Virus record (IMG/VR): IMGVR_UViG_3300030708_002709
Location: 1 to 30,669 of that record
Reading direction: 5' to 3' (one strand)
Source of the DNA: a virus
Taxonomy: Duplodnaviria > Caudoviricetes
DNA: 30,669 nt
Below, in pieces: positions 8,718 to 18,678 of this stretch (positions are counted from its first letter, which is position 1; the number at the start of each line of letters is the position of its first letter). A program made the position numbers and the translations under genes. The notes under the pieces were generated by a model. The model did not search any database, was not told where the DNA came from, and worked only from the letters and a program-made list of their open reading frames with translations.

Positions 8718-10318
8718 TGCCACGATTTGCGTCCAACCAGCTTGATGAGCCGCTAGTTTTTGACGACACAATTTCATTTGTCGGAGGGCAAGTCAGTGAT
8801 GTTCGCCCAAATCTCCTAAACGACAACCAGTACAGTGACGCAAAAAACATGGACGTTGATACGTTCGGAACTGTCGTCACTCGTAAAGGAACGGTCAAAC
8901 ACCCAAGCACGGCGCTAACCAATAACATTCAAGGTTTAGCGTATTATGACCGTCCAGTTACATCGGTTGAAAAACTGGCATGCGTATCGAACGGTGGGTT
9001 TTATTTAGCTGGGGCAAGCGACTCAAGTTGGACGCAAGTCACCGGCACGAACAGTTCGTTCAACACCGGCAACATGGTGGACATGGTTCAGTTCGTGGAC
9101 AAATTGTTCATCGTTGATGGTGCAAACAACTTGCGGTATTACGATCCTACTGCCTCTCCTAAAATCCAGCAAATAGCCAGCCCAACTGGGTTGAATTTAA
9201 TTATGGACGGGCTGGTATCACACGGCAACAGGCTGTTTGGTTTTGGTGTTGATGGTCAGGAAAATGACGCCATCATTCACAGCAAGGTAATTGACGCTGA
9301 CCAAACGTCATCGTGGTCAAACAATCAGCAGTTTCGAGTTGGTGGCCATTCCGGTGATCCGGTGGTCGCGCTGTACAGTTGGGCTAACAACAATCTAGTT
9401 GTGTTGAAAGAGGCCAGCGTCTACCTAGTCAACGCTGACCCGTCCCTGCTGGTTGCATCCAATTTTACAATTACGCAAATCAGTGATCGTTTTGGTTGCG
9501 TTGGTCGCCGCACGGTCGCCGGAGTAAGTGGTGACGTGTTTTATTTGTCGCGCTTTGGCGTCATGTCAATTGGCCAAATATTGAATGGCGCACAAACCAT
9601 TGTGCAACCGCAGCCGGTATCAACTCCGATTCGCGATTACATCGAGCGCATCAACTGGGATCATGCATCAAAAGCGTGCGCCACTTTCTGGAACAACCGT
9701 TATTTGCTGTCCGTTCCAATAGATGCATCGACGACCAACAATTACACGTTTTGTTTCAATACGATTACAAAATCCTGGACAGGATATTGGACAGGATGGA
9801 CGCCGACAGTTTTTGCGGCGAGCGCATTTAGCGGACAGTTGCGACTGAACTTTGGTCAGCACGACGGCAAAACGCTGAAGTGGCTTGAGTACACGGCGCA
9901 AAACGATGAATCCGACAGCACGTTCAAGGACGATGGCGCGTTTTATCCGTCATTTGTTAAGAGCCGTGGGTTCGTGTTTCGCGAGCAGCTAAACGACAAA
10001 ATAGGACGTAACGCTGAATTTGAATTTAACAACAGTCGTGCGCTGGTTGACGTGTTCCAGATACGGGATGACGTGCTGACCGAACAGCGGCTGAACACTG
10101 AAAAAATTGACACGGCTGCTGGTAGCGGAGTGGTGCTGCCAAAAGCCTTGCCGTTTGCGTTTGGCCAGACAGAGGTGGTGAAACGCGCCTACTCAACGAT
10201 CAGCAAAGGCACTTTCAACCAAGTGCAGTATCGAGTTGAAGCTGATGAAAACAAAATCCAACTGCGCGGCATCAAGGCGAGCGCCATTGTCATGGGTCTG
10301 GACGCTGAAAAGCGGTAG
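8717..10318 (+). CDS. Putative tail nozzle / stabilisation protein (P22 gp10-like, beta-propeller)
   Basis: 533 aa, beta-rich; N-terminal SFVGG...AKNMDV...RKG; GCVGRRTV and VFYLSRFGV motifs; synteny. Confidence 0.7.
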   Translation: MPRFASNQLDEPLVFDDTISFVGGQVSDVRPNLLNDNQYSDAKNMDVDTFGTVVTRKGTVKHPSTALTNNIQGLAYYDRPVTSVEKLACVSNGGFYLAGASDSSWTQVTGTNSSFNTGNMVDMVQFVDKLFIVDGANNLRYYDPTASPKIQQIASPTGLNLIMDGLVSHGNRLFGFGVDGQENDAIIHSKVIDADQTSSWSNNQQFRVGGHSGDPVVALYSWANNNLVVLKEASVYLVNADPSLLVASNFTITQISDRFGCVGRRTVAGVSGDVFYLSRFGVMSIGQILNGAQTIVQPQPVSTPIRDYIERINWDHASKACATFWNNRYLLSVPIDASTTNNYTFCFNTITKSWTGYWTGWTPTVFAASAFSGQLRLNFGQHDGKTLKWLEYTAQNDESDSTFKDDGAFYPSFVKSRGFVFREQLNDKIGRNAEFEFNNSRALVDVFQIRDDVLTEQRLNTEKIDTAAGSGVVLPKALPFAFGQTEVVKRAYSTISKGTFNQVQYRVEADENKIQLRGIKASAIVMGLDAEKR

Positions 10319-10355
10319 CTGGAGGTGTGTAAGATGGTAGGTAAGATTCGGTTTT

Positions 10356-10727
10356 ATGGAACTGCTAAACAAGATGCCGGTTGTAAGACCGGTCAAGGAT
10401 AGGGATGAGTTTATACGGTTAAACAATGAAGCATTTGCTGATGATCATTTTGCAATCACGCCAACTCACGTTTTTGAAAAAAGCGGTGAAATTGTCGGGT
10501 ATGCCAATGTTGGCACAATGGTTCCGGTAAACACTTGGTTTCATTCAAAAAAATGTAAAGCGAGGGACAGTATGCAGATTATTAATGTATTGGAAAACAT
10601 GGTTCGGGTTAACGGCGCAAACATGCTGGTAGTACCAGTGTCAAATCAGTCGCCGTTTCTTCCAGTGATGAACCGTCTGGACTATGTAAATATGGGAAGT
10701 GCGAATTTAATGATCAAAAGTTTATAG
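10356..10727 (+). CDS. GNAT-fold-like protein preceding the ejection genes
   Basis: Pattern VRPV...VFEKSGEIVGYA...LENMVRVNGANML...MNRLDY; position comparable to T7 gp13. Confidence 0.5.
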   Translation: MELLNKMPVVRPVKDRDEFIRLNNEAFADDHFAITPTHVFEKSGEIVGYANVGTMVPVNTWFHSKKCKARDSMQIINVLENMVRVNGANMLVVPVSNQSPFLPVMNRLDYVNMGSANLMIKSL

Positions 10728-10731
10728 TAAA

Positions 10732-11595
10732 ATGGGATGTTGTTCAGACGAACCCGACTACGGCGCAGCGGCACGCGAAACAGCGGCTGCTGATATTGAG
10801 ACGCTTGAGGCGCGAAAAAAAATGGATCGCTTGGCACGGCTGGGCGAAAAAGGACTTGTTGAATACAAGGATGCGTCGGGCCGAAGCAGAGTCACTGAAG
10901 CTGATTTTACCGGCATTGGTGACATTGACTTGTCGCGTGCTGATTTGGATTACTACATCGAAGCCGCTGACCGAATTGCTGAAGCCGGTTTAGCGAGCGC
11001 TGAAAAGTTTGGCGTTGCCGTAGTCGAACAGCGCCGCCGCGAACTGGAAGCAGCCGATCCGGAGGGGTTCAAGATGCGGCAGGACATGGCTAAAAAGATC
11101 ATGGAGGGGCCGGAAAAATATTTTACCCAAGCAGCAGAAGCGGCAATTCAAGGCACACGCGGCGCACAAGCGGCACGCGGTAATTTGTTTGGCAATGCAC
11201 CTAGCGTGCAGGAGGCGATGGCAGTTGGTGATGTCGGTTACCGCATGTACCAGCAGCAGCTTGCAAACATGGGTGCGTTTGGTGCGGGGGTGGCTCCGAC
11301 AGCGCAGTTCGGTCAATTGAGCGGAGCGCAACAAGGTGCTGCACCGTTTCAAGGGACGGGTATCCAACAGTCCAATGTCGGTGTGATGAGCAATAATCAA
11401 TTCGCACAAACTGCTGGAAATATTTACGGAAACCAAATGCAACTAGCACAACAGGGAAGTCCGTTTAGCCAAGTGGCTGGCATGGCTGCTGGGTTGGGGC
11501 TGACTGCGTTAACCGGTGGTTTTGCCGGTATGGCTGGGGGAACCACATTCGGTAAAGGAGTAGGCAATATTTTTGGGGTAACAAAACCAACGTAA
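10732..11595 (+). CDS. Putative ejection (DNA transfer / internal virion) protein 1
   Basis: Ala/Gly/Gln-rich helical protein with a Gly-rich hydrophobic C-terminus; first of three genes after the nozzle. Confidence 0.65.
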   Translation: MGCCSDEPDYGAAARETAAADIETLEARKKMDRLARLGEKGLVEYKDASGRSRVTEADFTGIGDIDLSRADLDYYIEAADRIAEAGLASAEKFGVAVVEQRRRELEAADPEGFKMRQDMAKKIMEGPEKYFTQAAEAAIQGTRGAQAARGNLFGNAPSVQEAMAVGDVGYRMYQQQLANMGAFGAGVAPTAQFGQLSGAQQGAAPFQGTGIQQSNVGVMSNNQFAQTAGNIYGNQMQLAQQGSPFSQVAGMAAGLGLTALTGGFAGMAGGTTFGKGVGNIFGVTKPT

Positions 11596-11596
11596 C

Positions 11597-12460
11597 ATGT
11601 CGGAAGCGTTTTCAAGAGGGTTAGGAATGGGCATGAATTTGGCCCGTGATGTACGGTCAGCAAATTTAGCGGCTGCTGAACGACGTGAGCGAAGCAAGTA
11701 TCGTCAACGCGAGGATGCGCGTGCTGAACGTGCTGCTACCCGTGCTGATAAAGCGCTGACGTTACAAGAGAATCGGGACAAGCGTGATGAACGCGCCAGC
11801 AAGCGTGACAAGCGTGAAAGCGACGTGCGTATCAAGTCGCTGAAAAGCGGCATGAAGCGGAGCCGTAAAAAAGACAAGTTACAGTCGAAAGAATCTAAAC
11901 TGTCGCGGCAGTTATTGGGACAGCAGTTGCAAGCTGCTAAACGAAAAAACAGGCAATCAAAAAACCCAACCATTAACAAGTTCCGCGAAAACGCTGCTGC
12001 GTTGGAAGACTATAAAAAAATGCTGCAAGCTGCTGATGCCAGACACGCAGCGCAACTGGCTCCGGTGTTGCAACAACTAGAATCAATGGAACGCGCTGGC
12101 AACATGCTTCCGCGCGATGAGTATTTTAACATTGTTGCAGTGCGGGACAGCATGATTAACCAGCACAAGGACTTTAAAGCCGGATTGGAACAGGCGTTTA
12201 TGTCGGCAAGCAGCCAACCGCATACGGGTACATATTCAATCAGACCGTTTCAAGACCCATTTGGTGGCGGCATTAGCTACGGAGTCGTTGGCGAAAACAT
12301 GTCAGCATCTGAAGTTGAATCAACGCTTGGTAAATTTCGTGAAGCTGGGACTCCTGCGACTTATGGAAATACTGGCACACCAGCGCAGCCGGTTCAGCCA
12401 TCATTTGAAGACACTATAATCAATGACATAAACGCCCAGCGGCAAGGAGTGCGTAATTAA
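11597..12460 (+). CDS. Putative ejection protein 2
   Basis: N-terminal AFSRGLGMG followed by a charged coiled coil; synteny. Confidence 0.6.
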   Translation: MSEAFSRGLGMGMNLARDVRSANLAAAERRERSKYRQREDARAERAATRADKALTLQENRDKRDERASKRDKRESDVRIKSLKSGMKRSRKKDKLQSKESKLSRQLLGQQLQAAKRKNRQSKNPTINKFRENAAALEDYKKMLQAADARHAAQLAPVLQQLESMERAGNMLPRDEYFNIVAVRDSMINQHKDFKAGLEQAFMSASSQPHTGTYSIRPFQDPFGGGISYGVVGENMSASEVESTLGKFREAGTPATYGNTGTPAQPVQPSFEDTIINDINAQRQGVRN

Positions 12461-12465
12461 AATTT

Positions 12466-15400
12466 ATGAACAGTGTCGTCGAATCAGCGCGTAGGCAGTA
12501 CGGCGAAAAGTTTGCAGACTTTAGCGACGAGGAACTAACACTATCAATCGGCAAAAACTACCCAAAGCTGTTGGGTAAATATGAGGATTTTGCTGACGAC
12601 TTTAGTTCGATTCAAGCTGACCGTAACGAGGACAGTGGATTTTTTAACAGCGCCCGAAACGCATGGTTGCGAGGATCGAACCAAGCTGCTGTTGCGGACG
12701 TTTTAGTTGGCGAAACATACGGGGGGAGATGGACTGACGAGGATCGTTTCGAGGAAATGGCGCTGGCTAATCGCCGTTCGGAAGCGCTGAAAGGCAGTGA
12801 AGCGTATATCCAGTTTACGCAAGCACCGGAAAGCGAAAAAATTGGTCGCTTCTTTACTGACCCGTTTGAAATTGGTGGTCAGATCATAATTGAATCACTT
12901 GCTGCACAAGTAAACTTTGGGGCCACCCGAACTGCCGTTGCAACTGGTGCTGGGGCGGCTGCTGGGTCAGTAGTTCCAGGAGTTGGTACAGTCGCTGGGG
13001 CTGGTGTTGGTTTTGTTTCCGGTCAGGCGATCACCACGCTGGGTGTTTCGTATGGCAGTAAGTTCAACGAGATGTTGATCAACGAGGGGGTTGATGTACG
13101 CGATGCCGACGCGATTCGTGACTCATTACAAGACCCGCAATTTGTGTCCAGCTTGCGTGACAAGTCGCTGAAGTACGGCGTGCCGGTTGCGGTGGTTGAT
13201 ATGCTGACGATGAAGCTGGGTGGCTTGGTGACTGCACCGGCTAAAAAACTAGGAGTTGAATCCGTGGGCGGTTCCGCTGGTGAAGCTGCTGGTCAGTTGG
13301 TTTCAGAGGGGAAAATTACTTCACCCAGCGAGGTGCTAATTGAAGGCGTTGCCGAGCTAGGTGTTGGTGGCGCACAACAGTCTGCACTGTCCGGCATCAA
13401 CATGTTGAAGGACAAGCAAGTTCAACAGGACTTGAAGGAGACGCAAAGCAAGTCCGACGAGTTGCGTAACGCACGCGAAAAGGAGGTGCTGGACGCGTAC
13501 AACGCCGAAATGGAGGCGCAACAAACTGTTGATCCGGAACTTGGCCCCATGACGGAAGTCGAGGGGGTCACGGTCACCAACATCGATGCAAATGCCGGTG
13601 AAATTTTGCAGGAAGGATCAGTTCCGAACAAGGTCGTCAAGGAACTGGATTCCACCAAGTTTAGTGATTTCAATGAAGTCGTGTTCATCGACAATGATGA
13701 CCACACAATGGCTGGCGTCACAGGGATTGGCCGGTTGGTTATCAACGTCGGTAAACTCAAAAAGCACATAAAAGACAATGGGCTGGATGCCGACGAATAT
13801 ATCCAGAAGCTGATACAAGAGGAGGCGATACATGACGCACACCTAAAAAGCATATTGGGTGAGTACGACGCCAGCACGACGGAACAATCATTTACCGAGT
13901 TTGCAGCCGAACGCTTTCAGCGGATTGCAAACGAAATGACCGACGAACAAAAAGCGTATGTCCGCAAAGTTTACGGTCAGGATTTGGAGGACGCATCGAT
14001 GGGTGCGGAGTATGTTCGCATGTTGGTGCAGGAGCGCCGTCATGGGAGTATCACTGAAAGTTTATTGTGGAACGAACTGGGACTGAAACCAGCGCCAGCC
14101 ACACGCAACTACTTCCGTCGCGCATTTGATTTTATTAGGCGGCGCGTCAAGCGGGACAACGTCGATCCGGACACTATCCAAAACGAAGTCAACAACCTCG
14201 TTGGCATATTGCAGGATATTGAAGACCGGTCAAACGATATGGGCGACGTGGAAATGAACCGCGCCCAAGCTGCTGAAACAGCGGAGTCAGTTCAGCGTCA
14301 GGAACAAATCGAACTGCAACGCGCTGAAGATGCGACGACAAGCGCTGGCATGGAACAGCAAGCCAGCATCGAGGAGCAGCGTGCTGCCACGCAAACTGAT
14401 CCGCAAATGGAACAGCAAGCAGCAGTGGAACAGCGACGTGCTGATGCGCCTGTTACTGATCCGGAAGTTGCGCGACAGGAACAAATTGAAATGGAACGCG
14501 CCCAACGTCGTGACGTTACCGGCGTGCGCCAAACACAAGACCCAATCGGGCCGACTCGACCACCGGTCAAATTGGAGTGGCAGTCGTTGGAGGACATTTT
14601 AAATGAACCGCTCGTTGTTACCGGATCGCCTAAAGTGATTCCCAGTAGCGAGGTGATTGACCAGCGCCGCACTAAACAAGTTGAAGCTGGCAAACTGGAT
14701 CAACAACCAGGATTTCAACGCACAGCGGAACAATCTGCTGAACTTGAACAAAAGCAATTTACCGAACAGCAGGAACAACGCGGTGAAGCTGAACGGGTGC
14801 AGCCGGAGCCGTTGCGACCACCGGAAGGCGCATTTCAAGAAGCTCAAACGACTGCTGAACCGGTAACTGAAACGACTGCTGAACCAGCGACTGAAACGCA
14901 GCAGCAACCGACGCAGCAGGAACAAGTGCTGACTGACGAGGAGAATCAGTTTGTTGAAAATATTTCCAACGCGTATGCCGGTAAAAGATTTTTCAACCAG
15001 ACTGCGCGAGTGGATGCCGCTGCAAGTGTTTCGACGGATACAAAATTGCAGCTATTGAAAATGCGGCAAAGCGGCAAGCTGGACGAAGCACGGTTCCAGC
15101 AAATGGCTCGTACCATAGCAGCAAACAAAGCGCGTGACATTGGTCGTGTGCAAAAACGTCGATCAAAAGAAACGACGGTGGACGAAAACGAAACCGGTGA
15201 AACAGTCATTGATCGCGAGGAGGCGACAGCACCGTCACCGGAAGAAACAATTCGTACGCGCGAACGGTTACAACGAATTTCAAAAGCGATTGATGAGTTA
15301 CCCCCAGCGCAGCGCGAAGTTATGCAGCTTGCATTGCAGGAACTTTCGCCAGCCGAAATAGTCGAACGAACGGGCAAGTCGCGCCAAGCAGTGGATACCA

Positions 15401-18396
15401 ACTTGTCACGGGCGCGAGCGAAGCTGATGAAGCAGCCGGACTTGATGCTGAAAGCAAGCACGCAGGGCAAACCGGATGCAGCAAAAGCCAAGTCTGAACT
15501 GCGTGAAGTGTTGAACGAGGTGAAGGAGTTGATGAAAACCGCTCCGTTTGCTGTCCACAACATGCCGGTTGAACAGGCGATCCGTCAGGTGCTGGACGCG
15601 CAGTCACCGGAACAGCAACGTAAACTGGACGCTGAAGTGGGCGTCAAGACGATGGACGATGTTGACCGGATATTTTCACCGCTTGAACCCGATAAGCCGT
15701 CACTGGGTGAGCGCCTGCGATCCGCAATCGAATCATTCAGCACGAATTTCCTGACACGGTTTGCGCCGTTGAAGCAGCTTGAAAGCAAGGTGTTCAAGGT
15801 GATGGGTAAAAAAGCACCGCGCCTTGACCTCGCACGTAAGTTTGAACAGTTGGCCGGATCACCGGCCCGTGCTGAAAAAATGATGATGGATTTCCACAAC
15901 GCAGTGGTTAAACCCATCAAGGGTCTGGAGCAGCAGTTTAATCGACTGATGTTTTTACGGCGCACACGCCAGCGCTTGCAGGATAATCCGGAGCGCAAAC
16001 GCGTGGCTGATTACTCGCTGTCGGATGTGACAAAGCTGTTGGAGGAACTGGAAGCATCGATGTCGCCGCAACAGATGCAGCAACTTGAGTCGGCTGTTGA
16101 TCAATACCAGGAATTCATGGCTGCGATACTTCGCATGCAAATGAACAGCGGACGCATATCGCAGGAGACGTTGAACAACATAGTGGAGTCGAATGATTTT
16201 TATGCGCCGTTCGTGGTGCTGAAACATTTGGAAGACTCGGAGTCAACTTCAGCAACTGGTCAGCGCATCGATACCACAAAGCAGTTGGCGCAAATGATCA
16301 CCGGCATCGATGACACGGATTTTCGCTTGGGTAATTTCATTGATGCTGCATACGAGCGAATATTGACCGGCTACATGTTGGCCGACAAAAACCTCAAAAT
16401 GCAGGAACTGTATGCGCTGTCACAAATCGATGAGTCTGGATTGGTTCGCGAGTTGAAGGAGACGAAAGTCGGAGCCAAAAAGACGGTGCGTGAAAAAGCT
16501 GATCACGAAGTTTCCGTGTTTGTTGACGGCGAACAAAAGCACTTGGCTGTGAACCGTGAAGTGGCACGTTCCATCGAGGGGTTGAACGCGCAAACAACCG
16601 GCATGTTGGCGAAGGCGATGGCTGTCACCTCCAAGCCAATGAAAGCAGGGGCTACGACATGGAACTTGGCGTTTCAATTTGTAAACTTGTTTGCGGCTGA
16701 TATTCCGCGATTGGCAATGATAAGCAAATATGGATTCCGCAGTCCGGTCGATTTAGTGAGGTTGCCATTGGATTACGTCTACAGTTTGTTTAGTTCGTTT
16801 ACTGGCAACTTTGGCAGACCAAACGCCTTGTATAAGGATTTTTTAAATAGCGGCGCAGCACGATCTACAATGCAACGCGAGCTAACACCAAGCCTGTTTG
16901 AAGCACAAATTGATGAATCGGGATTGATAAGGAACAAGCCGAACGAACGAAAGTTTGAGCCAAGTGTGAAAGGCTTGTTTGCGTTAGCTGGGACAATTGC
17001 AAACAGTATTGAAGAAACGTCGAAGCTGGTTGGACTGAAGCGCGGGATGCGAATTGAAAAGCTGGCTGGCATGACTCCGGAACAGCAGCGTGAACGCATG
17101 GGGGAAATAGTTGCTGAAGTGCGAAACTACGCTGGATCACCTGACTTTGGTCGCCAAGGTGCTTTGACAAGGGCCGGTCAATTGAACTTGGTGTTCATGT
17201 ATTTTAACGCACGCATACAAGGCATTGCTGCTGACTTGGGCCGCTTGGTTGGGAGAGACGGTGGCAAAAACGCAGCTTTGGCTCATGCGCGATTGGCTGC
17301 TGCTGTTGGGATTCCCACTGTTACATTATGGGCGCTTAACAACAGCGACGAGTTCAAGGAGGATTACGAGGAGATACCGGAAAAGGACAAGGAGAACTAT
17401 TGGCACATCCCAACTGACCAGTTTTTTGTGAACGACGAGGGTAAGCGGATTCGCGACTATTACCGGATACCAAAACGCGAAGTGTCAAAGTTGTACGCTA
17501 ACATTGTTGAATCCTCGATGAAGTTTTTGGAAACACGGGAGCCGAAAGCGTTAAAACAAATGGGTGTAGTGTTTTTGGAAAACATTATGCCGGTCAGTGT
17601 GACAGGTGAAAACATGGAGGAACGTGTTGAGTCTGTATTTAGCAGCTTGAACCCGCTATTCAAGGGGCCATTGGAATTTGGGTTGAACAGAAACATGTGG
17701 CAGCATCGCGACACTGTTCCCGAATACTTAAAAGCGGCTTCACCGGAACAGCAATATTTTAACAGCACACCGCAAATATTTCGTACAATTGCCAAGGAAA
17801 TGCCGGACGCGTTACCGGAATCGTTCCGATCCCCGCTGATGCTGAAACAGCTAACCGGCACAATGACGGCTGGATTGTTCACGCAGTTTTTGCCGCCACG
17901 GGAAACCAACCGCAAACCGCTTGGTGTGTTCAGCGATCAGTCACCGCTGTTCCGGCGCTTCATTCGCAGCCCGTATGTGAACGAATCCGAAACTGAAAAG
18001 CAATTAAAGGCAATTGAGCGAACGGAAGCGGATCGTCAATTGGAGGAACGCCGTGCCGTTGACCAGTTTATTGAAGACACGAAGGGGATGTCATCGATGA
18101 ACCGTATGATCCGCGCTCGCCAAGCTAGTGGTGGAAGTCGGACGCTTTTTCAAAAATACAAAAAAGCAATTGAAGACGATTCCAATTTGACCACACGCCT
18201 CGACAAGCGCGTTCGCGGACTGTCGGTTTCGAGCGGTGCGCGATCCATGTTCATCATGCAGCAAATGGAAGGCATGCAGTACGCTGGCAAGGTGGAGTAC
18301 TTGCGAGGGTTGTTCCAAAAGCGGGTGATCAGTGGGCAAGTTGCACAACAAATATTCGCTGAAACTGGCATCAGTCCAAGCGAATATACCCGCTAA
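12466..18396 (+). CDS. Large ejection / polyvalent protein (1976 aa): Gly/Ala hydrophobic region, zincin-like module, ECF-sigma-like domain, LPD38-like C-terminus
   Basis: Last and largest gene of the virion operon; EEAIH motif at 13819; sigma-like segment about 14930-15440; LPD38-like YEEIPEKDKENYWHIP...YYRIPK...SPLMLKQL at about 17360-17880. Confidence 0.8.
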   Translation: MNSVVESARRQYGEKFADFSDEELTLSIGKNYPKLLGKYEDFADDFSSIQADRNEDSGFFNSARNAWLRGSNQAAVADVLVGETYGGRWTDEDRFEEMALANRRSEALKGSEAYIQFTQAPESEKIGRFFTDPFEIGGQIIIESLAAQVNFGATRTAVATGAGAAAGSVVPGVGTVAGAGVGFVSGQAITTLGVSYGSKFNEMLINEGVDVRDADAIRDSLQDPQFVSSLRDKSLKYGVPVAVVDMLTMKLGGLVTAPAKKLGVESVGGSAGEAAGQLVSEGKITSPSEVLIEGVAELGVGGAQQSALSGINMLKDKQVQQDLKETQSKSDELRNAREKEVLDAYNAEMEAQQTVDPELGPMTEVEGVTVTNIDANAGEILQEGSVPNKVVKELDSTKFSDFNEVVFIDNDDHTMAGVTGIGRLVINVGKLKKHIKDNGLDADEYIQKLIQEEAIHDAHLKSILGEYDASTTEQSFTEFAAERFQRIANEMTDEQKAYVRKVYGQDLEDASMGAEYVRMLVQERRHGSITESLLWNELGLKPAPATRNYFRRAFDFIRRRVKRDNVDPDTIQNEVNNLVGILQDIEDRSNDMGDVEMNRAQAAETAESVQRQEQIELQRAEDATTSAGMEQQASIEEQRAATQTDPQMEQQAAVEQRRADAPVTDPEVARQEQIEMERAQRRDVTGVRQTQDPIGPTRPPVKLEWQSLEDILNEPLVVTGSPKVIPSSEVIDQRRTKQVEAGKLDQQPGFQRTAEQSAELEQKQFTEQQEQRGEAERVQPEPLRPPEGAFQEAQTTAEPVTETTAEPATETQQQPTQQEQVLTDEENQFVENISNAYAGKRFFNQTARVDAAASVSTDTKLQLLKMRQSGKLDEARFQQMARTIAANKARDIGRVQKRRSKETTVDENETGETVIDREEATAPSPEETIRTRERLQRISKAIDELPPAQREVMQLALQELSPAEIVERTGKSRQAVDTNLSRARAKLMKQPDLMLKASTQGKPDAAKAKSELREVLNEVKELMKTAPFAVHNMPVEQAIRQVLDAQSPEQQRKLDAEVGVKTMDDVDRIFSPLEPDKPSLGERLRSAIESFSTNFLTRFAPLKQLESKVFKVMGKKAPRLDLARKFEQLAGSPARAEKMMMDFHNAVVKPIKGLEQQFNRLMFLRRTRQRLQDNPERKRVADYSLSDVTKLLEELEASMSPQQMQQLESAVDQYQEFMAAILRMQMNSGRISQETLNNIVESNDFYAPFVVLKHLEDSESTSATGQRIDTTKQLAQMITGIDDTDFRLGNFIDAAYERILTGYMLADKNLKMQELYALSQIDESGLVRELKETKVGAKKTVREKADHEVSVFVDGEQKHLAVNREVARSIEGLNAQTTGMLAKAMAVTSKPMKAGATTWNLAFQFVNLFAADIPRLAMISKYGFRSPVDLVRLPLDYVYSLFSSFTGNFGRPNALYKDFLNSGAARSTMQRELTPSLFEAQIDESGLIRNKPNERKFEPSVKGLFALAGTIANSIEETSKLVGLKRGMRIEKLAGMTPEQQRERMGEIVAEVRNYAGSPDFGRQGALTRAGQLNLVFMYFNARIQGIAADLGRLVGRDGGKNAALAHARLAAAVGIPTVTLWALNNSDEFKEDYEEIPEKDKENYWHIPTDQFFVNDEGKRIRDYYRIPKREVSKLYANIVESSMKFLETREPKALKQMGVVFLENIMPVSVTGENMEERVESVFSSLNPLFKGPLEFGLNRNMWQHRDTVPEYLKAASPEQQYFNSTPQIFRTIAKEMPDALPESFRSPLMLKQLTGTMTAGLFTQFLPPRETNRKPLGVFSDQSPLFRRFIRSPYVNESETEKQLKAIERTEADRQLEERRAVDQFIEDTKGMSSMNRMIRARQASGGSRTLFQKYKKAIEDDSNLTTRLDKRVRGLSVSSGARSMFIMQQMEGMQYAGKVEYLRGLFQKRVISGQVAQQIFAETGISPSEYTR
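14846..14898 (+). repeat. 24-bp imperfect tandem repeat (TTAEPVTE/TTAEPATE) in the linker before the sigma-like domain
   Basis: aaacgactgctgaacc at 14846 and 14870. Confidence 0.8.
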
Positions 18397-18407
18397 TAAT
18401 CCGCAAA

Positions 18408-18678
18408 CGGTTCACGTCAGGTTCACGCTGGCCCCTGCCTCATGCAGGAAATTTGCGTATTTACTCCGGAAAAATGAAATTTAGTACCAGTGGAGGGACT
18501 CGAACCCAGAGTAATGCAAGTGTAGTACATTGTGCTTTTTTAAACCAAACCGGAACAATTAATGTCAATATGTTTGGGGTGTGATTTGTACTACAATTTA
18601 GCGCGTTTATCAACTAGCTGATTGGTAAATACTTACGTTACCGCCGTTATCCTGCACGCGGTTCACGTTGAGTACACG
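18408..18678. repeat. Candidate integrase arm-type sites flanking the attP core
   Basis: GGTTCACG at 18409, 18420 and 18660 (CGGTTCACGT exact at 18408 and 18659); variant AGTACACG at 18671; 11-bp spacing on both arms. Confidence 0.55.
18482..18507 (-). other. attP core: copy of a tRNA 3' end (T-loop plus acceptor strand), probably tRNA-Leu
   Basis: Minus strand reads GGGTTCGAGTCCCTCCACTGGTACTA, about 100 bp past the integrase stop; the 5' part of the tRNA is absent. Confidence 0.8.

Noticed and set aside
10328-10357. Third copy of the ECF-like promoter (TGTAAG upstream of the GNAT/ejection genes)
   Set aside because: After 16 nt the sequence is GGTTTT, not CGTAAT, and it abuts the ATG; weak, though worth scoring with a PWM
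18440-18560. Complete tRNA gene
   Set aside because: Only the T-loop and 3' acceptor strand are present; no D or anticodon arm and a broken 5' T-stem, so called as attP
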